A DNA stretch of 64,000 nucleotides from NCBI GenBank assembly GCA_965205975.1, contig OZ242195.1, positions 1,440,001-1,504,000 of the forward strand, given 5' to 3'. Each line of letters begins with the position of its first letter. Position 1 is the stretch's first letter. A model generated the notes under the pieces. That model was given only the letters and a program-made list of their open reading frames with translations. It had not been told where the DNA came from and did not search any database. This DNA comes from Candidatus Latescibacterota bacterium (GTDB lineage Bacteria; Latescibacterota; UBA2968). This document shows, in pieces, positions 9,214 through 19,414 of the stretch. The translations under genes and the position numbers were made by a program.

Positions 9214-10239
9214 ATGAAACGGTTTCTCTTTATTTTGAGCATTGTGCCTATTGTATGCATTTTGGGTGCTTGTACAGGAATTCTTATTTTAAATCGGCCG
9301 ACGGGAGTAGGGAAGAAAGAGGTCGAAATTCGGCATGGGGCAACGGTTAAACAAATCAGTCAACAACTCTATCGGAAACGCCTGGTCCACAGCCCGCGCC
9401 TGCTGCAGTTTCTCGCACAGATCAATGGGAGTAGTCGCCGCATGAAGGCCGGTATTCATCCTTTCAATGGACAGATGACCACCTGGGAGGTTTTGCTCGA
9501 ATTGGAGCGTCCGCGCGATATCACGAAAAATGTCACGGTTCCCGAGGGTTTAGAAAAAAAACAAGTTGCAGTGATCCTATCTAAACAATTAAACCTCGAT
9601 CAGAACAAATTGCTGTTGTTGATGAACAGTCCCACTTTTTGCAAAACCCTTTCCGTACAGGCCAAAGATCTGGAAGGCTATTTATTTCCCGAAACCTATA
9701 ATTTTTCAACAACAGTATCGGAACAACAAGTTCTGCGCAGGATGGTTGAGCATTGTCACGCTGTTTTTGATGAGCGGCTCCAGAGACGCGCACGGGAACT
9801 CGAAATGAGTATTTACGAGGTGATCGCGCTCGCATCTATTATCGAAGGGGAAACCAGTTGGGATTCCGAGCGAGACACGATTGCGGCAGTTTATCACAAT
9901 CGCCTGAAAAAAGGCATGCGTCTGCAAGCCGATCCCACGGTGCAATATGCTCTTCCCGGTGGACCTCGGCGACTATTTTATAAAGATTATAGCTACGATT
10001 CGCCCTATAATACCTATCGCCATGCGGGATTGCCACCCGGGCCGATTAACAGTCCTGGACGCGCATCTATCGAGGCTGCTCTTTTCCCCGCTGATGTCGA
10101 TTATTTATATTTTGTCGCTACCGGCGAAGGCGGCCATATTTTTACACGCACTTTGCAAGAACACGCGGCTGCAAAAAAAAGGACCGCGTCTGCACGAAAA
10201 AATACCTGGATAAAAAGAAAACTGGTAACAGGGGATTAG
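9214..10239 (+). CDS. mltG: Endolytic transglycosylase MltG
   Basis: 'EGYLFPETY', 'LASIIEGE', 'LQADPT', 'SPYNTY..GLPPGPI'. Confidence 0.95.
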   Translation: MKRFLFILSIVPIVCILGACTGILILNRPTGVGKKEVEIRHGATVKQISQQLYRKRLVHSPRLLQFLAQINGSSRRMKAGIHPFNGQMTTWEVLLELERPRDITKNVTVPEGLEKKQVAVILSKQLNLDQNKLLLLMNSPTFCKTLSVQAKDLEGYLFPETYNFSTTVSEQQVLRRMVEHCHAVFDERLQRRARELEMSIYEVIALASIIEGETSWDSERDTIAAVYHNRLKKGMRLQADPTVQYALPGGPRRLFYKDYSYDSPYNTYRHAGLPPGPINSPGRASIEAALFPADVDYLYFVATGEGGHIFTRTLQEHAAAKKRTASARKNTWIKRKLVTGD

Positions 10240-10265
10240 GGCTTGGGGGCTTTGACAACTGACTT

Positions 10266-12437
10266 ATGTCTTCGATTCTCGACGGATTAAATGATGCACA
10301 ACGCAAAGCAGTACAGGCCGTAGATGGCCCTGTACTCATTCTCGCGGGGGCGGGGTCCGGCAAAACGCGTGTTTTGACGCGGCGTATCGCTTATCTGTTG
10401 AGTGAATGCGGTGTTGATCCGCGCCAGATTCTGGCGATGACTTTTACCAACAAAGCCGCGGGCGAAATGCGCGAGCGCGTTGAAGACTTGCTGCATCGCT
10501 CGTGCAACACCATGTGGATTGGCACGTTCCACAGTTTGTGTGCGCGTCTTTTGAGATCACAGGCCGAACGCGTGGGACTGAGGTCCAACTTTACGATTTA
10601 CGATGCAACGGACCAACTCGCGCTTCTGCGACGAGTTATTGCTGATGAAGAACTTTCTGAACGCGATTTTCCGGCGCGTTTGATTCGCACGAGGATTAGC
10701 CAGGCGAAAAACCAGATGGTAGGCGTCGATGTGTTTGCCCAGCGTGCGAGTACATTTCGGGAGCAAATAATCGCGCGGGTTTTTCGCCACTACCAGGATG
10801 CCCTGAAGCAGAATAACGCCGTTGACTTTGATGATTTGTTGACATTGAGCGTGGAGTTAATCCGCGATCACGAAGATGTGCGCCAAACCTACCAGACTCA
10901 GTTTTCACATATTTTAATCGACGAATATCAGGATACCAATCGCCCACAATACCTTTTTGCGCGTTATTTGGCCGAAGTTCATCAAAATATATGTGTTGTT
11001 GGTGATGACGATCAGAGTATCTATGCGTGGCGTGGCGCAGATATTCGCAATATTCTCGATTTTGAAGCCGATTATCCCAACGCGCTTGTCGTGCGTCTGG
11101 AGCAGAACTACCGTTCGACTCAGATTATCTTAGATGCTGGCAATGCCCTGATTCGCAACAATGCTGGGCGCAAGGGAAAAGAACTCTGGACAGATCGTGC
11201 GCGCGGCGAGAAAATCCGTTTAAAAAGATGCGCCGATGATGCAGAAGAAGCCCGCTGGATCGCCGGTGTGGCACAAGACTTTAAGCGCGCGCATACCTAC
11301 CGGGATATGGCGGTGTTATATCGCACCAATGCACAGTCTCGCGCCCTTGAAGAAGGTTTTAGACGCGCCGATATCCCGTATCAAATCGTGGGGGATGTGC
11401 GATTTTACGAGCGCAAAGAGGTCAAGGATGTGCTCGCGTATCTCAAATTGGTGGTCAATCCGCGCGATTCCATCAGTTTTTGGCGCGTGATTAACACACC
11501 GCGGCGCGGTATTGGAACGACATCTACGGGACGGCTCGATGAGTTTGCCATGCGCGAGGGGCTTGCGCCCTATGAAGCACTTGCACATTTAGATGCTATT
11601 GACGCGATTCCGAAGCGCACAGCCAACGCGATGCAGCAGTTTTACGACATGGTTGAGGGCTTTCGCCAGGATATGGAAGCGATACCTGCCGATGAACTCG
11701 CGGCAAACATTGTCGATGAAACTGGATATTTGGGCAATTTTGAGAAACTCCTGCCAGAAGAACAGATGTCGCGGAGAGCACATGTTGCGGAATTGCTGAC
11801 GGATATTCAGCTTTTTGTCGAGCAGTCGGACGATGTCTCTTTAGAAGCGTATTTGCGGAAAGTTTCCCTGGTGACAGATGTGGATCAGTGGGAAAACGCC
11901 GAGGATGCGGTTACACTGATGACTCTCCACAGTGCTAAGGGGCTGGAATTTCCCATTGTGTTTGTTACCGGCCTCGAAGAAGGGCTGTTTCCGATTTTGC
12001 GGCCCGCTGGTGATGAAGGCAATATGGAAGATGCGTTGGAAGAGGAACGCCGTCTTTTTTACGTTGGCATTACCCGCGCGCAGGATCGGCTCTTTTTGTC
12101 CTATGCGATGCGGCGGCAACGATACGGCGGTGCGGTGGCCTGCTCGGCCTCGCAGTTTTTGTTCGAAATCCCCGAAGATCTGCTCGATGCCGGTTTTAAA
12201 ATTAGCGAGGTCAGCAGCATTCCAGGTCGAAAATCGGGCAGAGAAACAGCCCCCCGGGTCAACCCGGGAGAACCGTTTTTAATGGATGTCGGATCCTGGG
12301 TCGTACATCCCGCCTGGGGCCGTGGACAGATTCAAAGCCGCGCGGGATCGGGACAAACAGCCAGACTCAAAGTGCGATTCGACGGTGGAGCCGTTAAGAC
12401 CCTCATGGTCAAATTTGCCAATCTACAACCGGGATAA
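10266..12437 (+). CDS. pcrA: ATP-dependent DNA helicase PcrA/UvrD
   Basis: 'AGAGSGKT', 'TFTNKAA', 'DEYQD', 'HSAKGLEF', 'EERRLFYVGITRA', C-terminal Tudor-like domain. Confidence 0.95.
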   Translation: MSSILDGLNDAQRKAVQAVDGPVLILAGAGSGKTRVLTRRIAYLLSECGVDPRQILAMTFTNKAAGEMRERVEDLLHRSCNTMWIGTFHSLCARLLRSQAERVGLRSNFTIYDATDQLALLRRVIADEELSERDFPARLIRTRISQAKNQMVGVDVFAQRASTFREQIIARVFRHYQDALKQNNAVDFDDLLTLSVELIRDHEDVRQTYQTQFSHILIDEYQDTNRPQYLFARYLAEVHQNICVVGDDDQSIYAWRGADIRNILDFEADYPNALVVRLEQNYRSTQIILDAGNALIRNNAGRKGKELWTDRARGEKIRLKRCADDAEEARWIAGVAQDFKRAHTYRDMAVLYRTNAQSRALEEGFRRADIPYQIVGDVRFYERKEVKDVLAYLKLVVNPRDSISFWRVINTPRRGIGTTSTGRLDEFAMREGLAPYEALAHLDAIDAIPKRTANAMQQFYDMVEGFRQDMEAIPADELAANIVDETGYLGNFEKLLPEEQMSRRAHVAELLTDIQLFVEQSDDVSLEAYLRKVSLVTDVDQWENAEDAVTLMTLHSAKGLEFPIVFVTGLEEGLFPILRPAGDEGNMEDALEEERRLFYVGITRAQDRLFLSYAMRRQRYGGAVACSASQFLFEIPEDLLDAGFKISEVSSIPGRKSGRETAPRVNPGEPFLMDVGSWVVHPAWGRGQIQSRAGSGQTARLKVRFDGGAVKTLMVKFANLQPG

Positions 12438-12451
12438 ACCCACTTCTTTAA

Positions 12452-12926
12452 GCTAAGCAAGGAAGTTCCCATAAACACGCGACGCTACCAACTTCGCCTG
12501 CGCGGCCTTCGAGAGAACAAAGGTCGGATCAGGGCATTCATCATCAGTGGCTGGCTCGCGAAAATCAAACATGATAGCAGTCGTTTTTTCCTCGAATTAG
12601 GTGATGGCAGGAAAATATTTGGTCGCCTACAATCTGACCAACTCGATGTTGAAGTGTTGCGCCCGTTGTGGGGCAAGCGTGCAACTGTTCAGGGCATGGT
12701 CCACTTCAAGGCTAACGGCCAACCCCGACTAATCGAAGCTCATCGACTTAGGCCCTATCAAGACAGAGATGCCATTTTTGAAGAACTGCCTTATACTGAG
12801 ATGCCCAGGTCCCGAGGCTTAACACGGGGACAAGAGAAGCAGGCCCGATCTTTCAATGTCCTGAGTTTATGCGATACCTGGCCCGGTAATGAACCTGTGG
12901 AAGAACTTCTGGCGCAACTGGATTAA
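12452..12926 (+). pseudogene. 5'-truncated fragment of a hypothetical (probable antitoxin-partner) gene
   Basis: Open frame extends upstream of GTG 12654 with no start or RBS; ends 'WPGNEPVEELLAQLD' just before a PIN-like start. Confidence 0.45.
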
Positions 12927-12938
12927 GCCCTGAATATT

Positions 12939-12980
12939 ATGAGCAACTTCTTGCTGGATACCGGTCTGTTGTTGGGATTT
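12939..12980 (+). pseudogene. First ~14 codons of a PIN/VapC-like toxin
   Basis: Translates 'MSNFLLDTGLLLGF', the hydrophobic-LDT N-terminus typical of PIN domains, then breaks into unrelated AT-rich sequence. Confidence 0.45.
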
Positions 12981-12982
12981 TA

Positions 12983-13357
12983 TTGCTTAAATTATTCGAT
13001 AGTAAGCCGTCAGTATCATCTGTCACAATCTATTCACAATGTGATGTGCCCCAACCAATTAAAACAAAATTAGAGAAAAAATTTTCTAAGTATCGTAATA
13101 TCAAAATTCTCAAGGTATATATGCCTAAAAGTGATACTTTTAGGGATCATGGTCACGACAGGCATATACGCTTTGATGACTTCAGAGCTTGCACAATAGG
13201 GATAGGTTTACCGGAGGCATTGCGAGGGGACGACTTGAAAAGAGATACTCAGTTTAGCTATAAATACGGAAAACAAATTTTTGGACTAAAAAAAGTAGAG
13301 CACAGGTTGCGAGAAGCAACTTCTCAACGTTTTCAATTTATCCTGAATAAACCATAG
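12983..13357 (+). pseudogene. AT-rich ORF fragment with an HDR motif (possible PLD-like/MIT_C-type C-terminal domain)
   Basis: 'HGHDRHIRFD...IGIGL'; visibly lower GC than flanks; no RBS. Confidence 0.35.
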
Positions 13358-13442
13358 ATGATGTACGAAAAGTGGCGTAACTGGTACGCCTAGATTTCGT
13401 GCTAAAAGAAGAGATCCGAATCAGTTTTGAACGGAGTGTATA

Positions 13443-13691
13443 ATGATCAAAGTCAACATTGCTGAGGCAAAAACTCATTTCTCGCACTACATCGACAGCG
13501 TAGAGCAAGGAGAGACAATCGTCGTTTGTCGGCGCAACGTGCCAATAGCAGAGATTCGTCCGGTGCCACAATCTCCTGCCAAACAGCGTCCTGTAGGGAT
13601 TGACCGCGGAATGACCCTCCCTCACAGCTTTTTTGAGCCACTCCCCGATGACTTGCTCAACGCATTCCAGGGAGACAACCAGTCGGCATGA
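13443..13691 (+). CDS. Phd/YefM-family antitoxin
   Basis: 'VNIAEAKTHFSHYIDSVEQGETIVVCRRNVPIAEI'; GGAG RBS. Confidence 0.92.
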   Translation: MIKVNIAEAKTHFSHYIDSVEQGETIVVCRRNVPIAEIRPVPQSPAKQRPVGIDRGMTLPHSFFEPLPDDLLNAFQGDNQSA

Positions 13692-14074
13692 AGCTCCTGC
13701 TCGATACCTGTACCTTCCTCTGGCTAGCAGCAGACGCGCCAGAGTTGACACCCGTGGCGCGAACGAGTTGCCGCGACCCCGAGAACGATGTTTACCTCAG
13801 TGCGCTTTCAGCTTGGGAGATTGCGATCAAGTACCGGTTGGGTCGCTTGCCGTTGCCAGAGCCGCCAGCACGCTATGTGGTCAGCCGACGCAGGTGGCTA
13901 CAGCTCGAGCCACTCGCTTTTGACGAGGCCTGTGCCGCACACGACGCGCTCTTACCATCGCATCATTCAGATCCGTTTGACCGCGGCCTCATATCGCAGG
14001 CGGTCTTAAACAATATGATGATCGTAACGCCCGACGCAGAGATCGCTCGTTACCCTGTAACAATTTTGTGGTAG
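13688..14074 (+). CDS. vapC: VapC (PIN domain) toxin
   Basis: 'LLLDTCTFLW', 'SAWEIAIK', 'HSDPFDR'; ATGA overlap with the antitoxin. Confidence 0.92.
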   Translation: MKLLLDTCTFLWLAADAPELTPVARTSCRDPENDVYLSALSAWEIAIKYRLGRLPLPEPPARYVVSRRRWLQLEPLAFDEACAAHDALLPSHHSDPFDRGLISQAVLNNMMIVTPDAEIARYPVTILW

Positions 14075-14101
14075 CCCATGTGGCCTCATTTGGTAAACAC
14101 T

Positions 14102-14389
14102 ATGCCTGTTTCAAAAGATGATGTAAAAAAAGTGGCGCAACTTGCGCGCTTGAACTTTGCGCCGGAAGAAGAGGCGCAACTCATCGAAGATCTGAACCGC
14201 ATGCTCGAATATGTTGCGGCACTCGATCGACTCGATACAACAGAGGTAGCCCCAACAGCGCATGTACTCCCCCTGGAAAATGCGTTTCGGGACGATGTAA
14301 TGGGGCAATCGTTGGATCGGTCAGACGCGCTGGCGAATGCCCCGCTTTCTGGGCATGGTCACTTCCGCGTTCCCAGAGTGATTGAATAA
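14102..14389 (+). CDS. gatC: Asp/Glu-tRNA amidotransferase subunit C
   Basis: 'VKKVAQLARL', 'DTTEVAPT', 'LANAP..HFRVPRV'. Confidence 0.93.
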   Translation: MPVSKDDVKKVAQLARLNFAPEEEAQLIEDLNRMLEYVAALDRLDTTEVAPTAHVLPLENAFRDDVMGQSLDRSDALANAPLSGHGHFRVPRVIE

Positions 14390-14452
14390 GCACAGGTGTC
14401 GGCGGTAAATTCCCGCCGATTTTCTTTTGTCGAACACAGATGGAGGCACATT

Positions 14453-16234
14453 GTGAAAAAAAATGATCGCGAACCAAAATACATCGTGGTTGCCGGGGGG
14501 GTGATCAGTGGCGTGGGGAAAGGACTCGCCACGGCTTCTATCGGTAAAATTTTGCAGTACTACGGCTATAAAACCACGGCCATAAAAATTGATCCCTATT
14601 TGAATTACGATGCCGGAACACTCAGGCCTACAGAACACGGTGAGGTATGGGTCACGTATGACGGAGGCGAGATCGACCTCGATCTGGGCAACTACGAGCG
14701 GTTTCTCGGCCTGGATTTACCCCGCACGAACAATCTGACGACCGGACAAATTTACCACGCGGTTATCGAGCGCGAGCGGCGGGGCGAATATCTCGGGCAG
14801 ACCGTTCAGCCGATCCCACATATTACCGACGAGATCAGAGATCGGGTTCAGCAGGCTGCACAGGGGTCCGATATCGCGCTGGTCGAAATTGGTGGCACCA
14901 TTGGCGACGATGAGAATATCCCATTTTTCTTTGCAATGAAGGGCCTGGAGCGGGAAATTGGCGAAGCTAATATCATGTATGTGCTGGTTAGCTATTTGCC
15001 CGTCCCCGATCATATCAACGAGATGAAAACCAAACCCACGCAACACGCGGTCAAACTGCTCAGCGGGCATGGCATGGTGCCCGACTTTATTATTTGCCGC
15101 GCCACGCGACCGATTGATGAGGTGCGAAAACGCAAAATTGAGGTTTCCGCCAATATTCCAAAAGATCGCATTATTTCCGCGCCAGATTTGGATATCGTAT
15201 ATCAGGTTCCGATCCATTATGAAAGCGAGCAGGTCGGTGTTAAAATGCTCGCGCACCTGGGGCTGGAACCCAAAAAAGAACCCGATTGGACGCGGTGGAC
15301 GCAGTTGGTACAGAAGATTCGTCAGCCTTCACAGACGGTTAAAGTAGCAATGGTTGGGAAATATGTCGAGATCGGCGATTACGAATTTACCGATTCGTAT
15401 ATTTCTGTAAACCAATCTCTCGAACACGCCGGCGCTAATTTGGACACGCGCATCGATATTTCATGGATTGATTCGGCCAGCCTCGAAATGGGGAGAGGCG
15501 AAGATGTGCTTGGAGAATTTGATGGCATTATTGTGCCGGGAGCCTTTGGTGAAGGTGGGGCTGAAGGGGTGGTTGAAGCCATTCGCTATGCGCGAGAAAA
15601 CGGTCTGCCATTCCTCGGACTGTGTTATGGGCTTCAGATGGCCATTGTTGAATATGCGCGAAATGTGGTGGGGTTGAAAGATGCCAATTCAGCTGAAAAT
15701 GATCCCGATACACCCCATGCGGTGATCGATATTCAGATGAGCCAACGAGAAATTATTGAAGAAAGTCGTTTCGGCGGCACGATGCGTCTGGGGGGATATG
15801 TGGCTGTACTCCGCCGAGAGAGTGTCGTACTCGATCTGTATGAACGCACAGGGCGCCTGGAAGAAGACGCCTGGCGCATCGATCAACTGAGAAAGAATCC
15901 GGCTGAGGCTTTCCGCCTGGGTGTTCTTCTCGACAGCGAGCGCTGTGTGATTGAACGCCATCGCCATCGCTATGAAGTATCGCCCAAATTTGTCGATTTG
16001 CTCGATGAATTTGGCCTGATTTTTTCCGGATATCACCGCCGAGAGGATGGCACCAAACTCATGGAATTTATCGAGTTACCCGATCATCCTTTTTTTGTGG
16101 CTACGCAAGCCCATCCCGAATTTAAGTCGCGCCTTGAACAACCCGCCCCTTTATTTTACGGTTTTGTAGAAGCTGTTGTCGCTCACGCAAAGGCACGAGT
16201 TGGTGATACGTCGGTTTCTGAAAAAAGCGTCTGA
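14453..16234 (+). CDS. pyrG: CTP synthase
   Basis: 'GGVISGVGKG', 'KIDPYLN', 'KTKPTQH', 'GLCYG', 'RHRHRYE', 'HPEF'; GGAGG RBS before GTG 14453. Confidence 0.96.
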   Translation: MKKNDREPKYIVVAGGVISGVGKGLATASIGKILQYYGYKTTAIKIDPYLNYDAGTLRPTEHGEVWVTYDGGEIDLDLGNYERFLGLDLPRTNNLTTGQIYHAVIERERRGEYLGQTVQPIPHITDEIRDRVQQAAQGSDIALVEIGGTIGDDENIPFFFAMKGLEREIGEANIMYVLVSYLPVPDHINEMKTKPTQHAVKLLSGHGMVPDFIICRATRPIDEVRKRKIEVSANIPKDRIISAPDLDIVYQVPIHYESEQVGVKMLAHLGLEPKKEPDWTRWTQLVQKIRQPSQTVKVAMVGKYVEIGDYEFTDSYISVNQSLEHAGANLDTRIDISWIDSASLEMGRGEDVLGEFDGIIVPGAFGEGGAEGVVEAIRYARENGLPFLGLCYGLQMAIVEYARNVVGLKDANSAENDPDTPHAVIDIQMSQREIIEESRFGGTMRLGGYVAVLRRESVVLDLYERTGRLEEDAWRIDQLRKNPAEAFRLGVLLDSERCVIERHRHRYEVSPKFVDLLDEFGLIFSGYHRREDGTKLMEFIELPDHPFFVATQAHPEFKSRLEQPAPLFYGFVEAVVAHAKARVGDTSVSEKSV

Positions 16235-16739
16235 GGTTCTGTTGTGTACCCTGTGTGCCTGCACCTCTGCTGACCGGATAGAGCAAGCAGCGAATGACGC
16301 GCCGGTTAACAGGGAAATGTGGCACTGGTCCACGCACATTACAGATCGAGGCAAATCCCGGGCGCAGGTTCGCGCTGGCTCTTTTCAACAGGTGTCGGAA
16401 GATGAGCCCGCGCGGTTTTCCGATGGTGTTCGGGTTGTCTTTTTTAATGCCCAGGGCGATACGGTTTCCACACTGAGGGCTGAACGGGGTGAAATAAACG
16501 CATCGGGCGACGATATGAAAGTGTTTGAATCTGTCGTGGTGGTCGCGCGAGACGGTACGCAATTGCAAACGGATTCGCTACGTTGGCAGCGCGATGAAAA
16601 TCGCATTATGGGCGAGGGCCATGTGACAATTTCTCGGCCCGACGGTATAGAGACAGGAGTGGGTTTTAATGCATCATCGGACCTGAAACAGTGGACGCTT
16701 TTATTTGTAAATACGCGGATGAGACGCAAAAAACCGTGA
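16203..16739 (+). CDS. lptC: LPS export protein LptC
   Basis: 'LQTDSLRW', 'GVGF..DL' beta-jellyroll pattern; position before lptA/lptB; start uncertain. Confidence 0.85.
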   Translation: MIRRFLKKASEVLLCTLCACTSADRIEQAANDAPVNREMWHWSTHITDRGKSRAQVRAGSFQQVSEDEPARFSDGVRVVFFNAQGDTVSTLRAERGEINASGDDMKVFESVVVVARDGTQLQTDSLRWQRDENRIMGEGHVTISRPDGIETGVGFNASSDLKQWTLLFVNTRMRRKKP

Positions 16740-18049
16740 AAAATATCAGACATTATTTTTTTTTGCGATCAGAACTCCGGGGCTTTCTCGGAGTTCTGCT
16801 TATATGTATCTGCACGGAGGTATATGCCGAGCAGAAGCTCAGTGCAGATTGGGTGGAAACGCTACTTTTGAATGACCAGACGCAGCGCAATTACCGCGGA
16901 GGCGTGGTGTATGAAGACAGCTTACGCCAACTTATTGTAAAAGCCGATTCCGCACATGTGCGCGTTGGGGATGCGACCTATCTTTTTGTACATCAGGTGA
17001 GTTACAAAGACACAGTGCGAGAAATTCGTGCCGATACACTTGTATTCCAGGATCGCGAAGACATCGCGACGTTTCGGGGGCATGTCTTGCTAAGCGACGA
17101 TCAGCGCGCGCTTGAGGCGCGTATCGTGCGATTTTTGAGCAACGAAGACTCGCTCATTGCCGAGGGTGATGTCGTCCTTCTCTTGCCCGAAGGCCGCAGA
17201 CTTCGCGCTTCCCAATTGCGCTACGATTTGATCCACGAGCGCGGAAATCTACAGGGCCAGACGCAGTTACAAGTAGTGGGGGAACGCGGCGATACCCTTG
17301 AGGCGCAGTCCGATTCCATTGCCTTTGTCAATCGCGGGCAAGAACTCTTTCTCAATGGCAACCTCACCTTGCGACAGGGATACACGCGGGGAAAAGCCCT
17401 GTCTGGCGCGTACGCGGATTCTGTGATCGTCCTTTCAGGTAAGCCCCTAATGACCTGGTCCAATCCCACTAACCGCGATTCCGTTTCTGCACAGGGCGAA
17501 AAAATTCTTATTGAAATGTCTGAGCAAACCATTGGTGCGTTGGAGCTTTCGGATAGCACGCTCATCCATGCTACGGCTCTTGCCAATGGTCATTCGCAAA
17601 AAATACGCTCAGATTCTGCTCGGATTGTCTTTCGTGACGAGACCCCGCAGCACATGCACGCATGGGGAAATGTAATGCTCGACCTGAGCGAGCGAGATAC
17701 GTCGCGGGCAGTAATGTCTGGCGGTGATCTCATATTGGCCTATCGAGATGGAAAACTGGATAGTTTGACGCTGTCTGGTGGCTGCCTCGGTTCTTATATT
17801 GCCCAGGATAGCCTATCGGAAAACCGCCTGGGGGGCAAGCGGTGTGTGTTGTGGTTTTCCAATGGGGAGTTAGACCAGATGGCAATTTTCAATGAGGCAC
17901 ATTGCACGCGGATCACGAGAGATAGCGACGATGTAACGGTTTCTGGGGATTATCTCCTTTTGAAATTTGACCCCGGACGGTTGTTATCTATCCGAGCTGA
18001 GGGAGATGTACGAGGGCACTACACCGCCGAATTGGAGGATGCGCCGTGA
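16736..18049 (+). CDS. Extended LptA/OstA-like protein
   Basis: Repeated 'ADS/ADT..A.G.V' OstA-type strands; lies between lptC and lptB with GTGA overlaps. Confidence 0.7.
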   Translation: MKNIRHYFFLRSELRGFLGVLLICICTEVYAEQKLSADWVETLLLNDQTQRNYRGGVVYEDSLRQLIVKADSAHVRVGDATYLFVHQVSYKDTVREIRADTLVFQDREDIATFRGHVLLSDDQRALEARIVRFLSNEDSLIAEGDVVLLLPEGRRLRASQLRYDLIHERGNLQGQTQLQVVGERGDTLEAQSDSIAFVNRGQELFLNGNLTLRQGYTRGKALSGAYADSVIVLSGKPLMTWSNPTNRDSVSAQGEKILIEMSEQTIGALELSDSTLIHATALANGHSQKIRSDSARIVFRDETPQHMHAWGNVMLDLSERDTSRAVMSGGDLILAYRDGKLDSLTLSGGCLGSYIAQDSLSENRLGGKRCVLWFSNGELDQMAIFNEAHCTRITRDSDDVTVSGDYLLLKFDPGRLLSIRAEGDVRGHYTAELEDAP

Positions 18050-18771
18050 ACCTGCGAGCCGAGGGACTGGTGAAAAAATACGCGCGCCGCCTGGTTGTCA
18101 ATCAGGTCAACTTGATTGTCAATCCCGGCGAAATTGTCGGACTCTTAGGGCCTAATGGCGCGGGAAAAACGACGTGTTTTTACCTCATTGTCGGCGCAAT
18201 TTCGTCAAATGCCGGATACATTTTTTTAGGTGATCGGGACATTACTGCATTGCCGATGTATCGCCGCGCACGGCTGGGCATAGGTTATCTGGCACAAGAA
18301 TCTACGGTTTTTAGAAAGATGACCGTGCTGGAAAATGTCCTATCCGTCCTCGAATACGAGAAAATAGGTAAGGCAGAACGATTAGACCGCGCCCAAGAGG
18401 TATTGGGAGACCTGGGAGTTGGGCATTTATCGCACCAACGCGCTGATAGTTTGTCGGGGGGGGAAACGCGCCGGCTGGAAATCGCGCGGGCACTCTCTCG
18501 AGATCCGCTCTTTATGCTACTCGACGAACCTTTTGCTGGCGTGGATCCGCGTGCAGTGGAAGATATTCAGAATATTATCGCCGAACTAAAACGCCGCAAT
18601 ATCGGAATTCTGATTACCGATCACAATGTGCGAGAAACTCTCGCAATTACAGATCGTTCCTATTTGCTTTCTGAGGGAAAGATTCTTCTCTCAGGTACAC
18701 CCCGGGCATTGGCAGCAAGCGACGAGGCGCGTCGCATTTATCTGGGCGACCGGTTTCGCCTCGATTCGTGA
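18046..18771 (+). CDS. lptB: LPS export ABC ATPase LptB
   Basis: 'GPNGAGKTT', 'LPMYRRARLGIGYL', 'DEPFAGVDP', 'ITDHNVRETL'. Confidence 0.96.
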   Translation: MNLRAEGLVKKYARRLVVNQVNLIVNPGEIVGLLGPNGAGKTTCFYLIVGAISSNAGYIFLGDRDITALPMYRRARLGIGYLAQESTVFRKMTVLENVLSVLEYEKIGKAERLDRAQEVLGDLGVGHLSHQRADSLSGGETRRLEIARALSRDPLFMLLDEPFAGVDPRAVEDIQNIIAELKRRNIGILITDHNVRETLAITDRSYLLSEGKILLSGTPRALAASDEARRIYLGDRFRLDS

Positions 18772-18862
18772 CAAATTTGGAAAAAGGGTTTACAACCCTC
18801 TTCGTTATTTGTTATTATTTAAAGTTGCTTCTACCACTTACTGAACACTGATGAGGACAAAA

Positions 18863-19411
18863 ATGAAACATGTAACACTGGCAGAGTTAGAAGCGGGATT
18901 AGAAAATATCCGTCAGTCGCCCACAAATGCGGGCGTGTTAGAGTTGATTGTGCGCCGGCCGCAGGTTGAGGCGAGAGAGGTCCTGAAAGTTGGCGACCTC
19001 GATCTGGTTGAAGGACTCGTGGGCGACAACTGGAAAACACGCGGCAGTTCTCAAACCGCAGATGGGGCAGCCCATCCGGACATGCAACTCAATATCATGA
19101 ACGCACGCGTGATTGCTCTATTAGCACAAGAAAAAGAGCGTTGGTCACTGGCGGGAGATCAGTTGTATATGGACTTCGATTTGAGCGAGGAGAATGTACC
19201 GCCGGGCACCCGACTGAGTCTGGGGGATGCGGTGATCGAAGTTACAGATCAACCGCATACGGGCTGTAAAAAATTTGCTGCGCGTTTTGGGTTGGACGCA
19301 CTAAAGTTTATTAGTTCTCCCGTGGGCAAACAGCTTCAGTTGCGCGGGATCAATGCAAAGGTTATTCGCTCTGGCGCGATACAGATTGGCGATACTGTAA
19401 AGAAAGTGTAA
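18863..19411 (+). CDS. MOSC domain protein
   Basis: 'AGDQLYMD', 'LGDAVIEVT..PHTGCKKF', 'RGINAKVIRSGAI'. Confidence 0.85.
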   Translation: MKHVTLAELEAGLENIRQSPTNAGVLELIVRRPQVEAREVLKVGDLDLVEGLVGDNWKTRGSSQTADGAAHPDMQLNIMNARVIALLAQEKERWSLAGDQLYMDFDLSEENVPPGTRLSLGDAVIEVTDQPHTGCKKFAARFGLDALKFISSPVGKQLQLRGINAKVIRSGAIQIGDTVKKV

Positions 19412-19414
19412 TCT

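Noticed and set aside
14102..14389. gatC without gatA/gatB, alongside asnS
   Set aside because: Split gat genes are common, and GatCAB can still serve Gln-tRNA formation; not unusual.
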